Shown piece by piece: positions 18,851-25,337 of a stretch of DNA of 36,225 nt (positions are counted from its first letter, which is position 1; the number at the start of each line of letters is the position of its first letter). The notes below the pieces were generated by a model that searched no databases, was not told where the DNA came from, and saw only the letters and a program-made list of their open reading frames with translations. The stretch is taken from positions 1-36,225 of the IMG/VR virus record IMGVR_UViG_3300040801_002332. One strand, given 5' to 3'. Position numbers and translations under genes: made by a program. The DNA comes from a virus.

Positions 18851-19426
18851 TCATACACCAACTAGAATGTTCTCTAGGTAGCGATTAATCCAATACTCGT
18901 ATCTAGCGTTCATGTATGCTAACAACGCAGCATGTATTTCCCGTCTGTTATCCTCTACTATAGACGCTATGCCTATGGTGTTACTTGCTACACCATCCAC
19001 CAAAACCACGCTCTTACCTGGTCCTACTGGTATCTCGTATGCGCTTTCCATCCTTTCTGTATACCCTGGCCTCAGCTTCACTTTTAGCCCATGCTGGCCT
19101 CTATACCCTGGTTTCAGGCGTCTAGCGTTACGGGACTTCCAGCGACCCATGTTGAACTTAGGTAGGAATATAGCATAGTTTAGTTCCCTGCCGCTCATCC
19201 ATATAGTACCGCTTCCGTCTCTACCTACCCGCGTCTTCACTAGTCTACGGAAATACTTAGCGGGCGCTTTATATTCTTTATCTACATACGTCTTGATGAT
19301 AGCAGAAGAACGCCTTAGTGTGTCCCTCAGCGCCCTACGTCTTGCCTTCTTTACAGCACTATCTAGCATGGCGACCTGTTGCCTCGTAGAGCGTAGCGCC
19401 GTGTCATCGATAGTTATCTCAATCAT
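18851..19426 (-). CDS. Possible minor tail / tail-completion protein (lambda Z-like), displaced from the tail module
   Basis: 191 aa (lambda Z is about 192 aa) with a basic central region and a similar helical, basic N-terminus. The resemblance is weak. Confidence 0.35.
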   Translation of the reverse strand: MIEITIDDTALRSTRQQVAMLDSAVKKARRRALRDTLRRSSAIIKTYVDKEYKAPAKYFRRLVKTRVGRDGSGTIWMSGRELNYAIFLPKFNMGRWKSRNARRLKPGYRGQHGLKVKLRPGYTERMESAYEIPVGPGKSVVLVDGVASNTIGIASIVEDNRREIHAALLAYMNARYEYWINRYLENILVGV

Positions 19427-19749
19427 GAGTTATTCTCGTCACCTGTTGTCATATTGACCTGAATATCTTTAGAGGCAGCAGGTATTGTTGGTTCCATTCT
19501 TGACTGTAGCACCAGGCCAATTAGCGCGTCCATACGACTAGTGTTCTGTTTTACGTCGCTGCGTAGATCAGCCATCGTCTGATTGAAATGCGTTGCGGTC
19601 ACAGTGTTATTTAATCGTCGTTCAACTTCCTCTAGGTCGTGTAGCTTCTCAGTAGCACCATACACAACTAAACCAATAGCACCTGACGCTACTGTATAAA
19701 ACAGTTTAGATGTGATGCTCTTTATTACTCGTTCTGTTACGTTATCCAT
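19423..19749 (-). CDS. Type II membrane protein with coiled coil (i-spanin-like or holin accessory)
   Basis: N-terminal TM segment (LFYTVASGAIGLVVYGA) followed by a helical region. Directly downstream of the holin. I found no embedded lipoprotein ORF. Confidence 0.45.
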   Translation of the reverse strand: MDNVTERVIKSITSKLFYTVASGAIGLVVYGATEKLHDLEEVERRLNNTVTATHFNQTMADLRSDVKQNTSRMDALIGLVLQSRMEPTIPAASKDIQVNMTTGDENNS

Positions 19750-19762
19750 GTCCGTTTACTCA

Positions 19763-20161
19763 TCATCTCGCGGCTCCCTTCACTTTCTCGATAGTTCGTA
19801 ACCCGCTTATGCCTAAAATTGCTATCACTAACTCGAACGCAGCATCTATAGGAACCTCAACTGGCTCCAGCCCAAACCATACCGCCATAGGGTTAACTAT
19901 AAACGCGAACGCTAATGCGGCAGCGCCTACATAACCTACTGTGGGCCGGAAACCAGCTACATACGCTGATCTATGTTCCGCCTGTAGTTTATTGAGCTCA
20001 TGCTGTAATTCTTGAGGACGTTGCCTAAGCTTATCCACTGCTAATTGTAGCGCTGCTTTCTCTTCTTTGCTTGTGTGAACATCGTCAATGATTCTGCCGA
20101 TGCTATCAATTACTTTACTTGCTGATCCGCCTAGCACGGAACCTAATATATTATCTATCAT
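19763..20161 (-). CDS. Holin, GTA-type '3TM holin' family-like
   Basis: The N-terminal amphipathic region with ...IIDDVHTSKEEK..., then AEHRSAYVAGFRP and hydrophobic segments, resembles the family of holins described for gene-transfer-agent release. Confidence 0.6.
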   Translation of the reverse strand: MIDNILGSVLGGSASKVIDSIGRIIDDVHTSKEEKAALQLAVDKLRQRPQELQHELNKLQAEHRSAYVAGFRPTVGYVGAAALAFAFIVNPMAVWFGLEPVEVPIDAAFELVIAILGISGLRTIEKVKGAAR

Positions 20162-20350
20162 GTTAACCCCTTATATATTGGTGAGCGTGTGTAAACACGC
20201 GAAACTGAATTAGTAATACCACTAAATGCTCTGCCTAGTCTGTATAATCAATTATAGTGTTTTTGCAGTGTTATCTAGTTGTATTACTGATGCAGTCTCT
20301 TATAGTGCATGTGGTAATCTCCTACAGCTCACTCGCTGTTGCTCGTTCGC

Positions 20351-20371
20351 TATAAGCTATAAGCTATAAGC
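20351..20371. repeat. Perfect tandem heptad array TATAAGC x3
   Basis: Read directly: tataagc tataagc tataagc. Confidence 0.95.
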
Positions 20372-20373
20372 TA

Positions 20374-20420
20374 GTAACAAGTAACAAGTAACAAGTAACA
20401 AGTAACAAGTAACAAGTAAC
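20374..20420. repeat. Perfect tandem heptad array GTAACAA x6.7
   Basis: Read directly: six full gtaacaa units plus gtaac. It is separated by only 2 nt from the first heptad array. Confidence 0.95.
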
Positions 20421-20482
20421 TACTCACTTATCGGCTTGCGCGGCTGCGCCGCTCAGCCTTAACTGCATAGCGCTTAGCTCTC

Positions 20483-20502
20483 ATCCCCCCTAGATCCCCC
20501 CT
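20483..20502. repeat. Paired ATCCCCCCT motifs (G6 tracts on the minus strand), 11-bp spacing
   Basis: atcccccct ag atcccccct, read directly. Confidence 0.9.
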
Positions 20503-20530
20503 TCTCTCACTACTACTACGTAGCTTAACA

Positions 20531-20650
20531 CCTTTTTTTTCCTTGTCAATAGCATCTGTTTATTTTTTGTACGATTTTAGCTAAATTATTTTTTTATTTC
20601 GTTCTTTATCATACAGTTAGTGATGTATTTAATTTTCTTATGAATTACCG
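20531..20650. other. Strongly AT-rich block (candidate DNA unwinding element)
   Basis: Contains the runs tttttttt, tatttttt, attattttttt and aattttc. It holds one degenerate iteron-like copy (tgtatttaattttc at 20624..20637). Confidence 0.6.
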
Positions 20651-20764
20651 TGTTTCACCCTCTATTGATCAGTTTTGCTGATAAGTCTGTTGCTTTTTTG
20701 TACAATCGCTCATTCCGCCAACCTGTTTTTTATGCTGATTTCACAGTCGTCCCTGACCGTAGTA

Positions 20765-20845
20765 TGTATCATTTTAACGCAATCGTGTATTATTTTAACG
20801 CAAACATGTATCATTTTAACGCGAATGTATTAGATTGATAACGTA
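20765..20845. repeat. Direct 17-nt iterons TGTAT(C/T)ATTTTAACGC(A/G) x3 plus one degenerate copy, 21-bp phasing
   Basis: Copies start at 20765, 20786 and 20807 (21-bp spacing). A degenerate copy starts at 20826. The array lies just downstream of the polymerase stop. Confidence 0.9.
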
Positions 20846-20887
20846 ACACAAAAAGCCTGTCTACGATTCTCTGCTCATTTCATACCT

Positions 20888-22753
20888 TTAGAATTTAAGA
20901 AAATGTTTACTTATGGTTCCTTCACAATCCAGCGGTAAACCTTCAACATAAGAAGGCACTATACGCATTATTTCCATCAACTGTTCTAATGTCTCCTCTG
21001 CTAAATGCTCGGCTACGCTTATTGTCACCTCATCGTAGACGTGCATAACTACTCTACCAGCCATGTCACCGCGTTTAATCCTGCGTTCGACTTCTATCAT
21101 TTGATTCATTACGATGTCACGCGCTAGCGCCTGAATGATACGCTGAAACACCTTAGAACCGTGTACGTATTTTATGGGGTCACCCCAGTAGTATTCAGCT
21201 TTCCTTGCACCTCGCCTGGCCCCTAGACCCGGATAATAGAGGCTCCTACCCGACGGTAATATGATCTCCTCCTTCTTGAATTTCAGGTTGCGCCATCCTG
21301 GATTTCGCTCCCCTGTCACCAGCCACCGTAACGCTGTGTCCATAAATGCCCATGACTCAGTGTATTTTGGGTGAGCCGTATCGAACGTTTTAACCATCCC
21401 CCTCACGTTTTCGATGGGCAGAAATACGCGATCGCCGTTAGTCAAGGACCCGCTTTTCAGCGTTTTGTCGAACGTTTTTGATCTCATACCGTACTGAAGG
21501 CCAAGCTGAGACGCCTTCCCTAACATACGCTCGTAGCTGTCTGCTTTAGTTATCTCGCGCCCGAAAATCTTAGACGCTAGTGCACAATACGTATCCCCGC
21601 CATTCTTATACAGCTCTGTAAACTCTTTATCATCAACAAGATAGGCTGCAAGCCTAGCCTCGATGCCAGCGCTATCCGCTATGACTAATGTCTCGCCATC
21701 TGGTGCAACTATACTTTCCCTAACGCCTCCTTTGCGGGGCAGGTTAGACATGTTTACGCCATTTGAGCCACCAGTCCTGCCCGTGTGCGCAGCGTGGTAA
21801 ACATAGAATATAGGCACCTTGCCGTTGTGACAAGCTACTGACTTTTCTAGTTTGTTTAACCTCGAACCAATTATGCTGGATTGTGACGCAAAACGAGCGT
21901 CTAGTATCGCTCTTACCTGCTCATTGCCGTTTGCTTGATCCAGCAGCTCATTGTCAGTTTTGCTCAAAACGTATTTCAACTCACCGTTTTTGTTGGGTTT
22001 TTGTTTTAGTTTGGCCCCTGCTTTTGTGAGCAAATCAACTGTGAAATCATTTTTCCTCAGTTGCTCAGGCGTGACACCAATAGCAGCACAAAGCTCATCA
22101 CGGCGTTTAAACTCATCCTCTTTGGCTTTGTTTGCCTGCTCTTTATCGAACTCTAAATGAGGATTAAATGCCATTTTTAGCGTGTGATGCATTAGGTAAG
22201 CCTCTTTTTCAGGCATCAGAGGGCGCATCTTCTTATGTATGAACCGCAGTATCTCTGTGTCATTAACACCATACACTTTCAGTGATTCCCGCTCTTCCTC
22301 ATTCAGATCCTCCAGTCTTTTATTGTACGTTTTCGTCAACCCAACCGACAATTCCTCTTTCGCCGGTCCTTTGTAGCCTAGCATAGTCCCTAGGGCGTTT
22401 AGACTACCGGGCATAGCAGGTAGCACGTAGTTAGAAATGGCTTTAGTACACTCATAGCGCGGGAACTGTATCCCTTCCTGCCACGCCAGGATAGCGCCGT
22501 CAAAGTACATGTTATGCGCTACCCCAATGCAATCATGAGCCACGCTACGTATAAAGTCTAGCCCTTTCTCGATTTCATCACCGAAACACCACTGTACCGG
22601 CCCATCATCGAGCGCGTAACTAAGCCCCATATAAGCGAACTTATCGCTATTCACATATTGACTGTAATTCAAGCATGTTAAACTATAGCCTGTTGAAAAC
22701 GCCGTTTCACAGTCCAGGTATAGCGTGTGCTGTGGTTTGTTCATTACTGCCAT
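20888..22753 (-). CDS. Family A DNA polymerase with 3'-5' exonuclease domain
   Basis: Exo motifs: LYLDCETAF, HNMYFDGAIL and YGVNDTEIL. Pol motif A is IADSAGIEARL, motif B is RMLGKASQLGLQYG and motif C is HVYDEV. Confidence 0.9.
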   Translation of the reverse strand: MAVMNKPQHTLYLDCETAFSTGYSLTCLNYSQYVNSDKFAYMGLSYALDDGPVQWCFGDEIEKGLDFIRSVAHDCIGVAHNMYFDGAILAWQEGIQFPRYECTKAISNYVLPAMPGSLNALGTMLGYKGPAKEELSVGLTKTYNKRLEDLNEEERESLKVYGVNDTEILRFIHKKMRPLMPEKEAYLMHHTLKMAFNPHLEFDKEQANKAKEDEFKRRDELCAAIGVTPEQLRKNDFTVDLLTKAGAKLKQKPNKNGELKYVLSKTDNELLDQANGNEQVRAILDARFASQSSIIGSRLNKLEKSVACHNGKVPIFYVYHAAHTGRTGGSNGVNMSNLPRKGGVRESIVAPDGETLVIADSAGIEARLAAYLVDDKEFTELYKNGGDTYCALASKIFGREITKADSYERMLGKASQLGLQYGMRSKTFDKTLKSGSLTNGDRVFLPIENVRGMVKTFDTAHPKYTESWAFMDTALRWLVTGERNPGWRNLKFKKEEIILPSGRSLYYPGLGARRGARKAEYYWGDPIKYVHGSKVFQRIIQALARDIVMNQMIEVERRIKRGDMAGRVVMHVYDEVTISVAEHLAEETLEQLMEIMRIVPSYVEGLPLDCEGTISKHFLKF

Positions 22754-22923
22754 CTAGTCTTGTTCAGCGGCGTGTATTCGCCGCTTTCTATTAACTCTGA
22801 TACTGACCTACCGCCTTTTAACTGATGCCTGAAAATGACGCCTACTACGTGCTCCACACCATTCACCTCCTTGCAAACAAAGAAGCGATTATCTTGCCTC
22901 ACGTAGAGTTGCTGTTTTTTCAT
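22744..22923 (-). CDS. Hypothetical protein (59 aa), not in the ORF track
   Basis: ATG at 22923 preceded by GAGGTGA. Translates MKKQQLYVRQDNRFFVCKEVNG...KTRWQ*. Its end overlaps the polymerase ATG by 10 nt. Confidence 0.55.
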   Translation of the reverse strand: MKKQQLYVRQDNRFFVCKEVNGVEHVVGVIFRHQLKGGRSVSELIESGEYTPLNKTRWQ

Positions 22924-22932
22924 TTTATCACC

Positions 22933-23811
22933 TCAATCTATGTTGTAAGATTCTTTCGTCTCATAATCATCGCATGCCTCTAATGTCTCATATATCGATC
23001 TGGGTTGCGAGTGTTTATTACAGAAAGTTACGTGACTGTCTTTATAATCACTGCCAACTCTCTCATACATAGCAGAGCCGTGCTCACATGAGCGACAATT
23101 AACGCGAGGCGGCTCTTCCTCATGACAGATGAACCTGAATTTACAGAATGAGCACGGGTATTTGTCCATGTCATCGTGTAGCCTAGCCGGTGGTTCGTCA
23201 TCGTTTAGTATAGATGGTATTACAAACTCATCTAGAAACGTGGATTCCCGCTCGTTAAACTCTATTATCTCGCTATGTAAATCAGAGGTATCCTTGTTTT
23301 CCATGATGTACACTGCTTTCTTCAATCCAGAGTACAGCATAGCTAGTTGAACCTGAGCGTAGTGGGCAACTTTTTTCTTTTGCATACCGTTTTTAACAAC
23401 GGCGTTGAATGATGAACGATTAGCCGTTTTGATCTCTAGTATATGCCATTCATCTAACCCGTTCCCGCGTATTATGCCGTCTATTTTACATACGACCTGC
23501 CCCTCATGCGCCGTAAATTCAAACTGTTTACCTGTTTTGGGGTCTAACGGAATAGCCCGGTACCCGGCCCTTTTCAGGTCATTTACAATGTTTTTTTCAT
23601 GCTGATGTCCGGTTTCGAATAGTCGCGCCATACGCCCACCAACCTGCTCGTACTCAGACCACCGTAATTTATACCACTCTTGTCTTGCACACTCATTGCC
23701 CGCACCTGATACGCCTAACCTATTCGAGCCGTGGCTAATGCTCTGTGATTCCTCAAGCGCCTTTAGTACAGTCTGATGTATAGTATTTGTTGGTTTAATG
23801 TTTAGTTTCAT
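22933..23811 (-). CDS. Cas4/RecB-like PD-(D/E)XK nuclease with Fe-S cysteine cluster
   Basis: N-terminal Cys (GNECARQEW), D...EIK core (IDGIIRG...HILEIKT), QxxxY (QVQLAMLY) and C-x2-C-x5-C (CSFCKFRFIC). An extra C-terminal CRSC...CNKH element follows. The ATG at 23811 has a GAGG 6 nt upstream. The track start at 23832 is a TTG. Confidence 0.8.
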   Translation of the reverse strand: MKLNIKPTNTIHQTVLKALEESQSISHGSNRLGVSGAGNECARQEWYKLRWSEYEQVGGRMARLFETGHQHEKNIVNDLKRAGYRAIPLDPKTGKQFEFTAHEGQVVCKIDGIIRGNGLDEWHILEIKTANRSSFNAVVKNGMQKKKVAHYAQVQLAMLYSGLKKAVYIMENKDTSDLHSEIIEFNERESTFLDEFVIPSILNDDEPPARLHDDMDKYPCSFCKFRFICHEEEPPRVNCRSCEHGSAMYERVGSDYKDSHVTFCNKHSQPRSIYETLEACDDYETKESYNID

Positions 23812-23853
23812 ATGCGCCTCAGCAGGGGTCAAAGCCCCTGCTTTTCCGGTTGG

Positions 23854-24324
23854 TTAGAATGGTATGTTTTCTTCTAGGTCTACGACCTCGACAGGCCCTG
23901 GTTTTGGTGCAGGCCGTATAGTTGGCTTAGCTGCCGGTTTAGCTGCTGCTTGCTGACCTTGCTTTGCGCTGAAATATCGCTGAACGTTCTGAAACTCGCC
24001 TTTAGTACGCAGCTTCACCTTACATTCTTTACCCGCGAAATCATCACCGTCCTCGGGAATCTCTGCAAATCCTAGCACCACACACAACCGTTGTAACGAT
24101 TCAACGTGGATTTTTGCTACGTTTTTTTTCTCATGATACACGCGAAAGTAGTCCCAGAATTTACCGCTGTTTCCATTCCCGTCATCAAGGTTCATTGGTA
24201 ACACAAAAACACCGTCTCTATCTTCCATGGCCTCTAGAACCGCGTCATACTCGCCGTCGGGAAGAGGCGCAAAAGGATCAACAACGTCGTCTAAATTACG
24301 GTCAAAATTAATTTCTAATCTCAT
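23854..24324 (-). CDS. Single-stranded DNA-binding protein, DUF669-like, with acidic IPF tail
   Basis: The C-terminus (...VVDLEENIPF) mimics the bacterial SSB tip (DDDIPF) after an Ala/Pro/Lys linker. It sits between the Sak4-like ATPase and Cas4-like nuclease, as in known phage modules. Confidence 0.7.
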   Translation of the reverse strand: MRLEINFDRNLDDVVDPFAPLPDGEYDAVLEAMEDRDGVFVLPMNLDDGNGNSGKFWDYFRVYHEKKNVAKIHVESLQRLCVVLGFAEIPEDGDDFAGKECKVKLRTKGEFQNVQRYFSAKQGQQAAAKPAAKPTIRPAPKPGPVEVVDLEENIPF

Positions 24325-24337
24325 GTCTAATACCCCA

Positions 24338-24550
24338 TTAGTCTGTAGTGATGTGGTCTAAGTTGCGTGCATATATGTATCGTTTATACAACCTATTTCT
24401 TACTTCATGCTCTTGCTCCATCGGCCCATACAACTCGGAAAACTGAATCATGGGACCACTGCCACACGCAGTCAGCGTGATTCCGTCGACAACTCTTTGC
24501 GTCCCATAATCGTCAGTTATAAATCTTCTAAACCCGTCTAGTGAAATCAT
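24338..24550 (-). CDS. Hypothetical protein (70 aa)
   Basis: ATG-initiated ORF packed tightly in the operon, overlapping the upstream gene by 23 nt. Confidence 0.5.
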   Translation of the reverse strand: MISLDGFRRFITDDYGTQRVVDGITLTACGSGPMIQFSELYGPMEQEHEVRNRLYKRYIYARNLDHITTD

Positions 24551-25277
24551 GTTTGCCTCTCATTTTAGCTACCAGTGCAGCAAGCGACGGGAACGATTCC
24601 CCGGCCTCTGGCACCTCATATTGATCTAGTTTGTCGCTGCGATCTCTCGCAATCGCTTTATTTCCGTGTCTACACTGTAAGTAGGTGTATTCCGTCCCAT
24701 CCTCATAGCGGTCTCTGATAGCCCTCATAATCACGTTAAAACAACCTGGAAACTGACTAGCGTATGCCCGCCCCGGAACCATAGGCCCCAACTCCTTCAC
24801 CCCTGTAACCTGATCTGTGTTCTTTTCCATGCCTGCTAATACCAGGACGTTCATTCCGCTACTTTTTAGCGCCCGGATGACGCCATCCATTTTTTTGGAT
24901 GTTGCTTGATACGCCTGCCGCAAGTCAACGCCTTCCATCGGGTTGCCTACCGGCCCTTTCCTCTTAGAGCAGGCCGCGTCGATTATAATCTGCTCTTCTT
25001 CATGCAGAATCATATTGCCTAGTGCCGTAGCGCTATCTAGCACAATCCAGTCGTAGCCGCTTTGCTTAACCTCCAAAAAGCCCGCTCTAACCTCATCCAG
25101 CGTGTTACATTCAATGAAATCAACCTCTAGGTCCTGTAGGCTGAGCAAACCATGGTCAGTGTCTAAAATGCAAACACTCCCTGGTAACGTGCCTATAAGT
25201 GGCGTCTTTCCGCTGCCAGGCTCACCGTAAATTAGTATGCTTAGGTTTTTGCCTGGATTGTTTGTTTTCTTGATCAT
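24528..25277 (-). CDS. AAA_24 / Sak4-like RecA-core ATPase
   Basis: Walker A (YGEPGSGKT) and Walker B-like (WIVLDSA), with size and context typical of Sak4-family proteins. The ATG at 25277 is preceded by GAGGTGA. The track's GTG at 25283 lies inside that RBS. Confidence 0.8.
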   Translation of the reverse strand: MIKKTNNPGKNLSILIYGEPGSGKTPLIGTLPGSVCILDTDHGLLSLQDLEVDFIECNTLDEVRAGFLEVKQSGYDWIVLDSATALGNMILHEEEQIIIDAACSKRKGPVGNPMEGVDLRQAYQATSKKMDGVIRALKSSGMNVLVLAGMEKNTDQVTGVKELGPMVPGRAYASQFPGCFNVIMRAIRDRYEDGTEYTYLQCRHGNKAIARDRSDKLDQYEVPEAGESFPSLAALVAKMRGKHDFTRRV

Positions 25278-25305
25278 CTTCACCTCGTTTTGTTACTGTA
25301 AGACT

Positions 25306-25334
25306 ATAGTACACTAGTTAGTGTTGTGACGCAA
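25306..25334 (-). promoter_or_regulatory. Candidate internal sigma70 promoter with embedded palindrome
   Basis: The minus strand reads TTGCGT-N17-TACTAT in the gap between the primase-helicase stop and the ATPase gene. The spacer contains the palindrome ACACTA-gt-TAGTGT (25311..25324). Confidence 0.45.
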
Positions 25335-25337
25335 GTG

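Noticed and set aside
20341-20351. 11-mer gctcgttcgct shared in inverted orientation with 33690..33700, a possible link between the two non-coding hubs.
   Set aside because: The match does not extend beyond 11 nt. By rough estimate, about 0.2 such matches are expected by chance between two ~700-bp regions, so it is not significant alone.
20650-20838. 62-aa plus-strand ORF (..MYHFNAIVYYFNANMYHFNANVLD) across the iteron region.
   Set aside because: The repetitive peptide is simply the translation of the 21-bp DNA repeats. There is no RBS, and the ORF lies in an AT-rich non-coding hub.
20765-20845. Possible CRISPR array, given regularly spaced direct repeats.
   Set aside because: The repeats are only 17 nt and are separated by 4-nt gaps rather than ~30-nt spacers. 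No cas genes are present.
23821-23842. 8-bp hairpin AGCAGGGG-tcaaag-CCCCTGCT between the SSB and nuclease genes, as a terminator.
   Set aside because: The T-tract follows the stem only on the non-coding plus strand. On the coding strand it directly abuts the RBS, so it is more likely an intercistronic RNA structure than a terminator.
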